The notes: generated from the letters alone by a model not told the origin. DNA of 64,000 bases from an uncultured Bacilli bacterium (GCA_934096605.1 CAKOMI010000001.1:11776-75775), one strand, 5' to 3'. Shown: positions 10,075 to 21,204, counted from the first letter of the stretch. A program made the numbers and translations.

Positions 10075-10231
10075 AACTTAATTTTTTTGCTTCACGTGCA
10101 CTAATGATTACTTTTTCTCCATTAATTGTTTTCTTTTGTAAATTAGGTTTTTGAACTCTTTTTGTAGCATTACATGCTTTACTTCTTGAATTAACACTTA
10201 AAGGTTTTTTCGTTGATACTTTTTTAGCCAT
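10073..10231 (-). CDS. rpmB: 50S ribosomal protein L28 (52 aa)
   Basis: The reverse-strand translation is MAKKVSTKKPLSVNSRSKACNATKRVQKPNLQKKTINGEKVIISAREAKKLS. This matches the L28 pattern (SHA-N-TKR...PNLQ). It is not in the ORF track. Confidence 0.8.
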   Translation of the reverse strand: MAKKVSTKKPLSVNSRSKACNATKRVQKPNLQKKTINGEKVIISAREAKKLS

Positions 10232-10329
10232 TGTTTTCACCTCCACGTTTTCTTTTTCTTTAAAGATTTTAACAAAATATTACTTTAAAGTCAAATATTT
10301 CTTAGTCAAAATATTTATTTTAGCAAATT

Positions 10330-10360
10330 TATAGTAATAATTCTTTTACTTTGGTATAAT
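10330..10360 (+). promoter_or_regulatory. putative sigma-A promoter with extended -10 (TGGTATAAT) for dnaE
   Basis: TGnTATAAT lies at 10352-10360, 25 nt before the ATG at 10386. Confidence 0.35.
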
Positions 10361-10385
10361 AAATTTGGAAATGAGGGATAAAGTT

Positions 10386-13295
10386 ATGCGAAATCCATTA
10401 AATGTTTGTACTGATTATTCTTTAATGCAAAGCTTAATAACTATCCCTAGACTTATGGATGCTCTATCTAAAACAAATTCCTATGTATGTGGGATATGCG
10501 ATGATAATTTATATGGGGCGATGGAATTTTTTTTAGCGTGTAAAAGTCATAATATCAAACCACTTATAGGCTTAAAGATAAAACTTAATGATACATACTT
10601 ATATTTATATCCTAAAAATAATATAGGGTATAAAAGACTCTTAAAAATTAATACTTTAAAAGAAGAAAACAATTTAGTATTAAGTGATATATTAAAGGAT
10701 TCTCATGAACTATTAATTGTTGTACCAGTACTTTTTATGAATGCTTATGAAGAGTTTGTTAATCTTGCTAATACATATGTTGCTTATACAAGTGAAATAG
10801 AAAAATACAAAGCTTTAGAGTTTACAAGTAGAGTTATATTTATGCCAGAAATTAATCTTTTTAATAGTAGTGATTCTAGTTATTTAAGACTTTTAAAAGC
10901 AATAGATAATAATACTTTATTTAAAAGTGTATTAGAAGAAGATAATAAGCATCATGCTTGGGATTTTTATACAACCAACACTGAGATAGAAGAAGAAATA
11001 AAGAGTTTTGCTTCCTTAATTGAACTTGATTTAAGTAGTAAAAAAAGATATATTCCAAGGTATGATGAAAGTATAGATTCTAATAAGTTTTTACAAACGT
11101 TAGCGCTTAAAGGACTTCAAAAAAGACTTAATGGTAAAGAAGTAAGTGCATATCAACAAAGACTTACATATGAACTTAATGTTATTGAAAGTATGGGCTT
11201 TAGTGACTACTTTTTAATCGTATATGACTATGTTTTATTTGCAAAGAAAAATGGCATTTTAGTAGGCCCAGGCCGTGGTAGTGCGGTTGGTAGTTTAGTT
11301 AGTTATTCCATTGGTATTACGGATGTTGACCCTTTAGAGTATAATTTGATTTTTGAAAGATTTTTAAATCCTTCTAGAGTAACGATGCCGGATATTGATA
11401 TAGATTTTGAAGAAACAAGAAGAGGCGAGGTTGTAGAGTACGTAAAAAAAAAATATGGTGAAAAAAATGTTTCTGGTATTATTACCTTTGGAACATTAAA
11501 AAGCAAACTTGTTTTAAGATGTGTATCTAAAGCCTTAGGCCTTGATACTGAGATGGATAAATTCATCAATATGTTTTCACCTAACTTATCTTTAAAGGAT
11601 AATTTAAAAGATGAAAGTATTAGAAATACCCTTAAAGAAAATGAATCATTTTTAGAAGTAGTTAAGTTATCCCTTAAATTAGAAGGTTTAAAAAAGCATA
11701 CATCTAGTCATGCTGCCGGTATTGTTATAGCAAGTGTACCATTAGATGAACTAATACCAGTCCATGTTGATGGAAGTGATTTACTTGCTGGTTTTACAAT
11801 GAATTATTTAGAAGATTTAGGCCTTTTAAAAATGGACTTTTTATCACTTCGTAATTTAACAACTGTAAAAAATATTCTTAGTCTTATAAAAAAAGACTTA
11901 GGCATAACTATTAATTTAAATAAAATACCTTTAGATGATAAAGATACTTATAAGGCTTTTTCACTTGGTAAAACAATGGGTGTTTTTCAATTTGAAAGTG
12001 AAGGCATGAAAAACTTTTTAAAAAAGTTAAAACCAGATAGATTTTCTCTTTTAGTCGCAGCTATTGCTCTATATAGACCAGGACCAATGGAAAATATTGA
12101 TGAATTTATTAGAAGAAAAGAAGGTAAAGTAAGTGTTACATATATCCATAAATCATTAGAGCCAATCTTAAAAGAAACATATGGTATTATTATCTATCAA
12201 GAACAAGTTATGCAAATACTTGTAAGTGTTGGGGGATTTTCTAATGCCGAATCAGATACCATAAGAAGAGCTATGAGTAAAAAGAAAAAAGAAATTATTA
12301 CTAGTTATGCAGAAAAATTTGTGTGTGGGGCTATAAACCAAGGGATAAGTGAAAATATTGCCAAAGAAATATACGCTTTAATACTAAAATTTGCCGGTTA
12401 TGGCTTTAATAAATCACACTCAGTATCTTATTCTTTACTAGGATATCAAATGGCTTATTTAAAAGTACATTACTTTTTATACTTTATTACAAATGCTTTG
12501 AATAACGTTTCTACTAATCCTTTAAAAACTAAAGAATATTTAGCTATGGCTAAACAAAATAAAATTAAAATATATCCGCCAGATATTAATTCAAGTACTG
12601 ATACTTATCAAATAGAAAATGGGGCTATTAGATTACCTCTTTCAGTAATAAAAGGCCTAGGAGCTATGGCAATTAAAGAAATAACAGAAGAAAGAAAGAA
12701 AAAACTTTTTACGGACTTTTTTGATTTTACTAGCAGGGTATATGGCAAAAGCGTTAATAGTAATACTTTAAAACTTTTAATTATATCTTCTGCATTTGAT
12801 ACATTTAAGGTTAATCATAAAACTCTACTTCAAGCTATTCCTGAGGCTATAAACTATGCCACTTTATCTAGTGGGATAGCTGAATCATTACTAGAAAAAC
12901 CAGATTTAATATATCAAGAGGATAGTACTGATAATGAGAAAAGAAATGAAGAAATGGAAGCATTTGGCTTTTATTTAAGTAATCATCCTGCTAGTAAGTA
13001 TATTAGTAAAGATATTTTGAAATTAGAAAATGTAAGTAACTATTTTCTTAAAAATGTGATATGTGTAGTTTTAATAGAAAATATAAGAGTTATTAAAACA
13101 AAAGACAATAAGGATATGGCTTTTCTTCGTGCCAGTGATGAGACTGGTGAATTAGAATTTGTTGTTTTTCCAAATACCATTAAGGAGTTAGAAAATATAA
13201 GTGTATCTTCACTAGCCTTAATAAGAGGTAAAGTATCAAAGCGATTTGATGCTTATCAAATAACAGTTAATAAAATAGAAAAAATACAAAATTAA
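10386..13295 (+). CDS. dnaE: DNA polymerase III alpha subunit, DnaE-type
   Basis: It has a PHP domain and the polymerase core (GRGSAVGSLVSYSIGITDVDPL, PDIDIDF). An ATG at 10386 with a GAGGG RBS is the preferred start. The ORF track instead opens at TTG 10365. Confidence 0.9.
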   Translation: MRNPLNVCTDYSLMQSLITIPRLMDALSKTNSYVCGICDDNLYGAMEFFLACKSHNIKPLIGLKIKLNDTYLYLYPKNNIGYKRLLKINTLKEENNLVLSDILKDSHELLIVVPVLFMNAYEEFVNLANTYVAYTSEIEKYKALEFTSRVIFMPEINLFNSSDSSYLRLLKAIDNNTLFKSVLEEDNKHHAWDFYTTNTEIEEEIKSFASLIELDLSSKKRYIPRYDESIDSNKFLQTLALKGLQKRLNGKEVSAYQQRLTYELNVIESMGFSDYFLIVYDYVLFAKKNGILVGPGRGSAVGSLVSYSIGITDVDPLEYNLIFERFLNPSRVTMPDIDIDFEETRRGEVVEYVKKKYGEKNVSGIITFGTLKSKLVLRCVSKALGLDTEMDKFINMFSPNLSLKDNLKDESIRNTLKENESFLEVVKLSLKLEGLKKHTSSHAAGIVIASVPLDELIPVHVDGSDLLAGFTMNYLEDLGLLKMDFLSLRNLTTVKNILSLIKKDLGITINLNKIPLDDKDTYKAFSLGKTMGVFQFESEGMKNFLKKLKPDRFSLLVAAIALYRPGPMENIDEFIRRKEGKVSVTYIHKSLEPILKETYGIIIYQEQVMQILVSVGGFSNAESDTIRRAMSKKKKEIITSYAEKFVCGAINQGISENIAKEIYALILKFAGYGFNKSHSVSYSLLGYQMAYLKVHYFLYFITNALNNVSTNPLKTKEYLAMAKQNKIKIYPPDINSSTDTYQIENGAIRLPLSVIKGLGAMAIKEITEERKKKLFTDFFDFTSRVYGKSVNSNTLKLLIISSAFDTFKVNHKTLLQAIPEAINYATLSSGIAESLLEKPDLIYQEDSTDNEKRNEEMEAFGFYLSNHPASKYISKDILKLENVSNYFLKNVICVVLIENIRVIKTKDNKDMAFLRASDETGELEFVVFPNTIKELENISVSSLALIRGKVSKRFDAYQITVNKIEKIQN

Positions 13296-13343
13296 AAAAT
13301 TTACTAGACAAATAAAGCTATACATGTTATAAAACAAAAGGAA

Positions 13344-16300
13344 GTGATTAAAGTGCAAAATGATGTGACAAGATTTTTAGATAGTATAAGTTATCCAAGT
13401 GAGCGTGAAGAACTTAAAAATATAGAAATAGAAAAAGTTTTATTGCACCGAAAAGATAGTTATTTTGAGGTTTACTTAAAAGGGGATGTACCACTGCCAT
13501 ATAATAAAGCCCGCGAATTACTTGCGTGTGCTAGTAATGGTATTCATGGAACAGAGAAGTGTTATGTTGTTTTTCATTATCAAGCTGTTCTTGATAGTGA
13601 TATCTCTTTATATATAGAAGGACTATTGAAAGATTTAATTATTAAAAAGCCATCTTTAAGTAGTGTTTTAGAAGTACCAGTCATAGTAAATGATGATATT
13701 ATAACGATTAATTGTTTTAATAAGATGATTTTAAATGAACTAAAAAAAGAAACGAAAGAATTACAAAAAAGTATGCTTATGTATGGTTTAAAAGAAGTGG
13801 AATTTAACTTAGTATTAAATGAAGAAATGATGGCCAGCATAAAAGAAGAAATAAAAAGTGCTAAAGAAGAGGTTAAAAAGATAGAAGAGCCCAAAAAAGT
13901 AGTCGGTGACATTATCCTTGGCAAAGAAATAACTGGTGAAGTAAGTGCCATTGCAAGTACTACTGGGGAACAAAAAGGTGTTGTCTTTGAGGCCTATATA
14001 TTTGGTATTGATACTTTAGAAAGAGATAATATAAATATTATTACATTAAAGATTAGTGATAAAACTAATTCTATTATTGCAAAGATCTTTAAAAAGGATA
14101 AAGCTGAATATAAAGCTGTTTTAACTAGTTTAAAGGTTGGTAATTGGTATAAGTTTTATGGTAATGTTGAATTTGATAATTTTTCTAAAGATTTTGTAAT
14201 GTCAGTTCGTTCTTTAATGAAAACTACTAGTAAAGATGAGGCTGTAGTAGATGAGGCAGAAACCCCAAGAGTTGAGCTTCACATGCATACGATGATGAGT
14301 GCGATGGACGGAGTAATACCAGCGGCTTCTTTAGTTAAAAAAGTAAGTGATATGGGAATGCATGCTTTGTGCGTTACAGATCATAACTGTGTTCAAGCAT
14401 TTCCTGAGTTATTTCATGCCGTAGAAGATTATAACAAGAAAAAAGAAGGGGCCGATCGCTTTAAAGTTTTATATGGGGCAGAGATGAACATTGTTAATGA
14501 TGACGTTGATATTGTTTTTAATCCCAAAACTTATAACTTACTAGAAGACACATTTGTTGTATTTGATACAGAGACAACTGGTTTTTATGCAGGTTCTGAT
14601 CAAATGATTGAAATTGGTGCGGTAAAGATTCAAAATGGTAAAATTTTGGATCGCTTTGATGAGTTAATTGACCCACATAGACCAATTCCTAAGAAGATTA
14701 CCGAACTTACTTTTATTACTGATGAAATGGTAAGGGGTTGTGATACCGAAGAAAATGTAACCAAAAGATTTTTAGAATGGGCTAGTGATAACCCAATGGT
14801 GGCCCATAACGCTAAGTTTGATATATCTTTTATGAAAGCTGCTTGTCAAAAATATGATTTAGGTGAATTTAACTATACAGTATTAGATACAATGAGTATT
14901 GCAAGAATGCTTCATCCTGAATGGCCTAATCATAAACTACAAACACTTACTAAAAAACTAGATGTCCCTTGGGATGAAGATAAACATCACCGGGCTGATT
15001 ATGATGCGGAAGGAACAGCTATTGCTTTTTATAAGATGAGTACATCTTTATCTAATCAAAGTATTAATACAACTGATGAACTTTTAGATAATATTGATAT
15101 GGAATCATTAGTTAGGTTTGCTTTTCCTTTTCACGCGACGATGATTGCCCAAAATAGAGAAGGCTTAAAAAATCTCTTTAAAATTGTGTCAATTGCTAAT
15201 ACGAAATATTTATATAAAAATGAACAGCCCAAAATACCAAGAAGAGACGTTTTAAAATTAAGGAGTGGTCTTTTAATTGGTTCTGGTTGTATTCATGGAG
15301 AAATTTTTGATAAAGCTGCGGGTAAAGAAGATGAAGAACTAGTTAATATGATGAGTTTTTATGATTATATTGAAGTTCAACCTATTAGTTCATTTGCCCA
15401 TTTGATAGGACCTGAGGCTAAGTTTTCTAATGTCTATGAAGCAGAAGAATATATAAAAAGAATTGTAAGAGTTGCTAAAGAAGCAGGAAAGCCCGTAGTG
15501 GCAACAGGAGACGTGCATAATTTTAGTAAAGATGATTTGATTTACCGAGAAATAATTATTAATCAAAAATTCAATGGTAAGTTACATCCTTTAAATAGAA
15601 GAGGCTTAAAAGTGCCTAATCAGTATTTTAAAACAACAAAAGAAATGCTTGATGATTTTAAATTCTTAGGTGAAGATGTGGCCTACGAAATTGTCGTTAC
15701 GAATACTAATAAAATTGCTAGTATGGTCGAAGAAATTGAGGTTATTATTGATACGGGTGGTATTCCTTTTGCACCAAAGATTGAAAATTCCCAAATGATT
15801 GTAACGGATATGGTTTATAAAAAAGCCCGTGAGTGGTATGGCGAACCGTTGCCATTCCACATTGAAGAGCGAATTGCCCTTGAGTTATACGGGGCACCTT
15901 TCATTGAAGCCGTTAAGAAAAATGCCGGTGAGGAAGATGCGGTGATTTATAAAAGACTACATGACGTAGTAACAAAAGGACCAGATGCGGTCCAAGAAGA
16001 AATTGCCCAAGCAATTTTGGTAGATGAACCGGAGAAAGATAAAGAAGAGGCTTTAAAAGAAGCTAAGGATAAAATGACTGCGATTATCGGAGCTAATTTC
16101 GACGTTATTTATCTTATTGCCCAAAAGTTAGTTAAACACTCTAATGATGAAGGGTTCTTAGTTGGTAGTCGTGGTTCGGTTGGTTCTTCTTTTGTAGCTA
16201 ACTTAATGGGTATCACTGAGGTTAATAGCCTAGCTCCACATTATCGTTGTCCTAAGTGTCAATTTAGTATTTTTGAGGGTGATGATGGCGAACCACTTGG

Positions 16301-17867
16301 TAATAACTATAAATGTGGTTTTGATTTGCCAGATAAAAAATGTCCTAAATGTGATACGCTTATGCATAAAGATGGTCATGATATACCATTTCAAACTTTC
16401 TTAGGTTTTAATGCTGATAAAGTACCAGATATTGATTTAAATTTTAGTGATTTAAACCAAGCAAGTGCGCATGAATATACCAAGGTATTGTTCGGTGTTG
16501 ATAATGTTTACCGGGCAGGAACAATCGGAACAGTTGCTGAGAAAACGGCTTATGGTTATGTTAAAGGCTATTGTGAAAATAAAAATATTATTATGCGTAG
16601 TATTGAGATTGAACGTCTTGCTATTGGTTGTACGGGTGTTAAAAGAACAACTGGTCAACATCCAGGTGGTATTGTTGTAATACCGGGCTATATGGAAGTC
16701 TATGATTTTACGCCATTTCAGTATCCCGCTGAAGACCCAACTAGTGCTTGGCGAACAACCCATTTTGATTACCATGCCATCGATCAAGACGTTTTGAAAC
16801 TAGATATTTTAGGTCATACCGATCCGACTCAGTTAAGAATGATTCAAGACTTAACGGGTGATGATATAACTAAAGTGCCACTTGACGATAAAGAAACAAT
16901 GAGTATTTTTACGAGTACTAAAGCTCTTGGTGTCACCAAAGAACAAATTATGTGTGATACAGGAACACTTGGCGTACCAGAGTTTGGAACACCATTCACC
17001 ATTCAACTTGTTAAAGATACAAAACCAACAACGTTTGCCGAGTTAGTAAAAATATCTGGTCTTGCCCATGGAACTGACGTATGGCTTGGTAATGCCCAAG
17101 AGTTAATTCAAAAGAATGTTGTCCCTTTTTCCAAAGTAATTGGTTGTCGTGATGACATTATGGTTGAGCTTATGTATGGTGGACTTGAACCTTTTAAGGC
17201 CTTCAAAATTATGGAATTTGTTCGTAAAGGAAAGGCTAGTAAAGACCCAGCTACTTGGGAAGGCTATGTCGAAACAATGAAAAAAGCAAATATTCCTGAT
17301 TGGTTTATTACATCTTGTCATAAAATAAAGTACATGTTCCCAAAAGCCCATGCTGCTGCCTATGTTACAAGTGCCTTTAGAATTGCTTGGTATAAAGTAC
17401 ATAAACCACTTGTTTATTATTGTACGTATTTTTCCACACGTTTCCAAGATTTTGATATTGATGCCATGTGTAGTGGTTATGATGCTATAAAGAAAAAAAT
17501 GATTGAATTACAAAGTAAAGGTTATGATATGACTAATAAAGAATCGTCTTTACTTGAAACTTTGAAATTAGCCTTAGAAGCTACTGCAAGAGGTGTATCA
17601 TTTAAAACAATCGATATTGAAAAAAGTGATGGTAATAATTTTGTGATGGATGAAAGTTCTAATAGTTTAATAATGCCATTTCGTAGTCTAGATGGTCTAG
17701 GGGATTCAGTTGCTACAAAGATTATTGAAGAACGTAACCAAAAGGCTTTTTATAGTATTGAAGATTTTGCTAGCCGTGGTAAAGTTAATCAAACAACTGT
17801 TGATAAAATGCGAACAATGGGTATTTTTGGTAGTATGCCAGAGACAAGTCAATTAAGTTTATTTTAA
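13344..17867 (+). CDS. polC: DNA polymerase III PolC-type
   Basis: The product is 1507 aa. It has the PHP motif (ELHMHTMMSAMDG), a 3'-5' exonuclease insertion (VVFDTETTGF) and a Zn-finger (CPKCQ...CPKCD). The start is ambiguous between GTG 13344, GTG 13353 and ATG 13359. Confidence 0.95.
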   Translation: MIKVQNDVTRFLDSISYPSEREELKNIEIEKVLLHRKDSYFEVYLKGDVPLPYNKARELLACASNGIHGTEKCYVVFHYQAVLDSDISLYIEGLLKDLIIKKPSLSSVLEVPVIVNDDIITINCFNKMILNELKKETKELQKSMLMYGLKEVEFNLVLNEEMMASIKEEIKSAKEEVKKIEEPKKVVGDIILGKEITGEVSAIASTTGEQKGVVFEAYIFGIDTLERDNINIITLKISDKTNSIIAKIFKKDKAEYKAVLTSLKVGNWYKFYGNVEFDNFSKDFVMSVRSLMKTTSKDEAVVDEAETPRVELHMHTMMSAMDGVIPAASLVKKVSDMGMHALCVTDHNCVQAFPELFHAVEDYNKKKEGADRFKVLYGAEMNIVNDDVDIVFNPKTYNLLEDTFVVFDTETTGFYAGSDQMIEIGAVKIQNGKILDRFDELIDPHRPIPKKITELTFITDEMVRGCDTEENVTKRFLEWASDNPMVAHNAKFDISFMKAACQKYDLGEFNYTVLDTMSIARMLHPEWPNHKLQTLTKKLDVPWDEDKHHRADYDAEGTAIAFYKMSTSLSNQSINTTDELLDNIDMESLVRFAFPFHATMIAQNREGLKNLFKIVSIANTKYLYKNEQPKIPRRDVLKLRSGLLIGSGCIHGEIFDKAAGKEDEELVNMMSFYDYIEVQPISSFAHLIGPEAKFSNVYEAEEYIKRIVRVAKEAGKPVVATGDVHNFSKDDLIYREIIINQKFNGKLHPLNRRGLKVPNQYFKTTKEMLDDFKFLGEDVAYEIVVTNTNKIASMVEEIEVIIDTGGIPFAPKIENSQMIVTDMVYKKAREWYGEPLPFHIEERIALELYGAPFIEAVKKNAGEEDAVIYKRLHDVVTKGPDAVQEEIAQAILVDEPEKDKEEALKEAKDKMTAIIGANFDVIYLIAQKLVKHSNDEGFLVGSRGSVGSSFVANLMGITEVNSLAPHYRCPKCQFSIFEGDDGEPLGNNYKCGFDLPDKKCPKCDTLMHKDGHDIPFQTFLGFNADKVPDIDLNFSDLNQASAHEYTKVLFGVDNVYRAGTIGTVAEKTAYGYVKGYCENKNIIMRSIEIERLAIGCTGVKRTTGQHPGGIVVIPGYMEVYDFTPFQYPAEDPTSAWRTTHFDYHAIDQDVLKLDILGHTDPTQLRMIQDLTGDDITKVPLDDKETMSIFTSTKALGVTKEQIMCDTGTLGVPEFGTPFTIQLVKDTKPTTFAELVKISGLAHGTDVWLGNAQELIQKNVVPFSKVIGCRDDIMVELMYGGLEPFKAFKIMEFVRKGKASKDPATWEGYVETMKKANIPDWFITSCHKIKYMFPKAHAAAYVTSAFRIAWYKVHKPLVYYCTYFSTRFQDFDIDAMCSGYDAIKKKMIELQSKGYDMTNKESSLLETLKLALEATARGVSFKTIDIEKSDGNNFVMDESSNSLIMPFRSLDGLGDSVATKIIEERNQKAFYSIEDFASRGKVNQTTVDKMRTMGIFGSMPETSQLSLF

Positions 17868-17937
17868 GAGTAGTGTAATAAGCATTGCTCTTTTAATTAA
17901 CTAAAAAATGACACTTGATGATAAATAGTTTATAATA

Positions 17938-19197
17938 ATGATAAGGATGATGATTATGAAAGAATATATACCAAGAATTATAGATAAGACTTTGCAAGGA
18001 AAAATGAAAAATTATGGTGTTGTTATAATTGAAGGATGCCGATGGTGTGGTAAATCCTTTACTGCTAAACAACTAGCGGCTAGTTATATTGATTTAAAAG
18101 AGCTAGATATAAATTTAAGATATGAAAAACCAACATTATTATTAAAGGGAGATAAACCAAGGCTATTAGATAGCTTAGAAGTAAATTTTGATATTTGGGA
18201 GAATATTAAAAGAAATATTAATAGAACAGATAGTAAGGGACAATATATTTTAACGAGATCCATTAAGGAAAGTAATGATGATATTACAAGTAATGGTAGG
18301 GTTGTAAAACTTTTGATGCGACCAATGTCTTTGTATGAATCAAAAGAATCAAGTGGGACTGTTTCATTGCAAGATATTATTGATGGCAAGGAAATAAAAG
18401 GTGTTTCTACACTTAGTTTTGATGGATTAACAAATGCGATGATGCGTGGTGGCTGGCCAAAAACTTTAGATTGTTCTTTTGATAATGCATATGGGTTAGC
18501 TAAAGAATATGTTAATAGTGTTTTAAAGGAAGGTATTAAATATGTAGATAATACGGATGATTGTCAATTTTTAATGCAAGTAGTTTTAGAAAATATAGCT
18601 AAAAATAGTTTTAAAATGGTTAGTGAACCAGAACTTCTGGAAGAGGTAAACAATAAATATTTTAAAAATATAACCAGAAAAACTTTGGATAGTTATTTAA
18701 AAGTTTTAGAAAGACTTTATATTTTAGAGTATGTACCAGCAACAAGTATAAGTATGCGAACTAAAACACCTCTTTATATACTTCCTAAATTAGTGTTAGT
18801 AGATCCATCTATTGGGGTAGCTTTATTAGATTTAAAAAAAGAGGATTTAGTAAGGAATGCAAAATTTACCAAGGCTATGTTTGAAAATCTTTGTATAAGA
18901 GATTTAAAAATATATGCTGAATCTTTAGGGGTAAAACTAGCGTATTACTTAGATACAAAAGCCAAGGAGACTGCCTTTATTTTGACAATGCCTGATGGTA
19001 AGTGGGGGTTAGTTACAATAGAACTTGACCCTTTAAAGCTTTCTAGAACTATAGAAAGATTACTTCTATTTAAAGAAAATGTTGATAGTTACAAGTATGG
19101 AAACCCCGCGTTTTTAATGGCTTTAACTGGTGATAATAAATCTTACAAGCGTGATGATGGCGTTTATGTAGTGGCAATTAGTGCTTTAAAAAATTAA
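17938..19197 (+). CDS. AAA+ ATPase of the DUF4143 family (second copy)
   Basis: It has a Walker A motif EGCRWCGKSF and the same architecture as the gene at 1341. Confidence 0.65.
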   Translation: MIRMMIMKEYIPRIIDKTLQGKMKNYGVVIIEGCRWCGKSFTAKQLAASYIDLKELDINLRYEKPTLLLKGDKPRLLDSLEVNFDIWENIKRNINRTDSKGQYILTRSIKESNDDITSNGRVVKLLMRPMSLYESKESSGTVSLQDIIDGKEIKGVSTLSFDGLTNAMMRGGWPKTLDCSFDNAYGLAKEYVNSVLKEGIKYVDNTDDCQFLMQVVLENIAKNSFKMVSEPELLEEVNNKYFKNITRKTLDSYLKVLERLYILEYVPATSISMRTKTPLYILPKLVLVDPSIGVALLDLKKEDLVRNAKFTKAMFENLCIRDLKIYAESLGVKLAYYLDTKAKETAFILTMPDGKWGLVTIELDPLKLSRTIERLLLFKENVDSYKYGNPAFLMALTGDNKSYKRDDGVYVVAISALKN

Positions 19198-19217
19198 AAT
19201 TATAATGCAGAAAAATA

Positions 19218-19247
19218 TTGACATACATTTGTTTTTGCAAGTATAAT
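19218..19247 (+). promoter_or_regulatory. putative sigma-A promoter (TTGACA-18-TATAAT) for the liaF-like operon
   Basis: TTGACA lies at 19218-23 and TATAAT at 19242-47. A small hairpin CATCTTgaaaaaaGAAGATG follows. Confidence 0.45.
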
Positions 19248-19383
19248 AATAACCATCTTGAAAAAAGAAGATGATTTAATATTGTGGTAATATTATTTTA
19301 GGTATAAATTGCTAACAAGTTAAAATTTAGTTTTAAAATTAGATTAGACATGTTAGAATGGTGTTAAGAAAGTGAGTGGGAAT

Positions 19384-20052
19384 ATGAGAAAAATTGAAAG
19401 TATTTTATGGGGGTTAGTTTTAATAATAGTAGGGGTTATTATTGGGTTAAATACGACTGGTATTACGAATATTAATATTTTCTTTGATGGCTGGTGGACA
19501 TTATTTATTATTGTGCCTTCTTTTATAGGTATGTTTAATGATAATGATAAGACTGGTAATATTATTGGGTTAGTAGTAGGTTGCTCTTTACTTTTAGCTT
19601 GTCAAAACTTGATTGATTTTGAAATTTTATGGAAATTGTTATTACCAATGATTTTAATAGTGATAGGTGTATCTATTATAGTTAAAAATGTTTTTGGCGA
19701 TAGAGAAAGTTTTAGAAAAAGTATTGTTACTGATGATAATACTTATTATGCAACTTTTGCGGAACAAAATTTAAAATTTGACAATGAAATGGTAAAAGAC
19801 ATGAGTTTAAACGCTACATTTGGTGGAGTTAAATGTGATTTAAGAGAAGCTATTATTAATGAAGACATTGTTATTAATGCTAGTGCAATTTTTGGGGGAA
19901 TTGAAATACTTGTTCCTGAAAATGTCCAAATCAAGGTTAAATCTGTACCTATTTTTGGGGGTGTAGACAACAAAGTACAAAATAATGAAGCAGATGAACA
20001 CACTATATATGTTAAGGCTACTTGTATGTTTGGTGGGGTTGATATTAAATGA
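19384..20052 (+). CDS. LiaF-like membrane protein (cell wall-active antibiotic response, DUF2154 C-terminal domain)
   Basis: It has four N-terminal TM helices. The C-terminal beta-rich domain carries FGGxxxDL and FGGIEILVP repeats. The preferred start is ATG 19384; the ORF track starts at GTG 19372. Confidence 0.6.
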   Translation: MRKIESILWGLVLIIVGVIIGLNTTGITNINIFFDGWWTLFIIVPSFIGMFNDNDKTGNIIGLVVGCSLLLACQNLIDFEILWKLLLPMILIVIGVSIIVKNVFGDRESFRKSIVTDDNTYYATFAEQNLKFDNEMVKDMSLNATFGGVKCDLREAIINEDIVINASAIFGGIEILVPENVQIKVKSVPIFGGVDNKVQNNEADEHTIYVKATCMFGGVDIK

Positions 20053-20864
20053 TGCAATTACAAAAATGTATAAAATATTTAGCTATGGCATTAGCAATCC
20101 TAATTATAGTTAGTATGGTTAATTTAGTTATTGGGTGCTTTTATTTAGTTAGTCAGGTGTTTAGTTTAAAGAATGTTAGTGATGAATATGCTATAACAGA
20201 AAATTTTACAACTAAAAATATTGATATAGAACTTAAATATGCTGATTTAGTAATTCAACAAGGACAAACATTAAAACTAACTACTAATAAAACGTATGTT
20301 AGTAGTGAAGAAAAAGATGGGACATTAATAGTTAAAGAAAATAAACGAGGTTGGGCTTTAAGAAAAAATAAGAGTGAGGTTTTATTAGAAATTCCTAGTG
20401 ATATAGAATACGAAAATATTAAAATTGAAGCTGGAGCTGGGACAATTATAATTAAATCTTTAAATACTAAAGAACTTTCGTTAGAATTAGGTGCTGGAGT
20501 AACGACGATTGAAGACATTAATGTTAAAGATAAATGTTCTATTGAAAGTGGAGCTGGTAAATTAACGCTTAGTGGTGGCATTATTAATAATTTATCACTT
20601 GATATGGGTATTGGTGAAGCAAATATTGAAGCTTTACTTACTGGTGATAGTAATATTGATTCAGGAATTGGTAAATTAGGCCTTCAAGTTCTAGGCAAAG
20701 AAAATGATTATAAACTTAATATAAGTAAGGGTATTGGTGATATTACGCTTAATGGTAAAGGTGTAAACGGTGACTATAAGACCGAAAGTGGTAAACATAG
20801 TATTGTAGTAAATGGCGATATTGGGTTAGTTGATATTTCTTTTCTACAAGATAAGGAAATTTAA
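20049..20864 (+). CDS. DUF4097 beta-helix repeat protein (LiaG-like putative adhesin)
   Basis: It has an N-terminal TM helix and repeated G-x-G-x-(I/L) beta-strand motifs (AGAGTIIIKS, GAGVTTIED, SGAGKLTLSG). It overlaps the liaF-like gene. Confidence 0.6.
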   Translation: MMQLQKCIKYLAMALAILIIVSMVNLVIGCFYLVSQVFSLKNVSDEYAITENFTTKNIDIELKYADLVIQQGQTLKLTTNKTYVSSEEKDGTLIVKENKRGWALRKNKSEVLLEIPSDIEYENIKIEAGAGTIIIKSLNTKELSLELGAGVTTIEDINVKDKCSIESGAGKLTLSGGIINNLSLDMGIGEANIEALLTGDSNIDSGIGKLGLQVLGKENDYKLNISKGIGDITLNGKGVNGDYKTESGKHSIVVNGDIGLVDISFLQDKEI

Positions 20865-20890
20865 GAAAAATATAGTATTATAAATAAATA

Positions 20891-20940
20891 GAGAGAAAAA
20901 GTAGGTTGATTTTAAAGTTGCACAGCTTTTTCTCTTTTTC
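20891..20940 (+). terminator. rho-independent terminator
   Basis: The stems GAGAGAAAAAG and CTTTTTCTCTC are followed by a T-run. Confidence 0.55.
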
Positions 20941-21018
20941 TAAAACACAATTTTTGCTTGAACTTAGGTTTTAACTATGCTAAAATACTAATAGTTTTGA
21001 TGTAAGGAGGTTATATTT

Positions 21019-21192
21019 ATGGCTAAAAATGAAAACAGACAATTTTTTGGATTAAAGTGTTCTCGTTGTGGTAAACAAATTCGCCCAACTATTAAAAATA
21101 AAAAGAATACTCCAGATAAAATGGAAATGAAAAAATATTGTCCTACTTGTCATCAAGTAACAGTATTTAAAGAAACAAAACTTGGAAAATAA
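21019..21192 (+). CDS. rpmG: 50S ribosomal protein L33 (Zn-ribbon form, 57 aa)
   Basis: The translation is MAKNENRQFFGLKCSRCGKQIRPTIKNKKNTPDKMEMKKYCPTCHQVTVFKETKLGK. It has a GGAGG RBS. It is not in the ORF track. Confidence 0.85.
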   Translation: MAKNENRQFFGLKCSRCGKQIRPTIKNKKNTPDKMEMKKYCPTCHQVTVFKETKLGK

Positions 21193-21204
21193 TGAGGTGA
21201 AACA

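Noticed and set aside
10365-10385. TTG 10365 as the dnaE start, as given in the ORF track
   Set aside because: An ATG at 10386 follows a GAGGG RBS at proper spacing and follows a TGnTATAAT promoter. The TTG extension adds only seven residues with no RBS.
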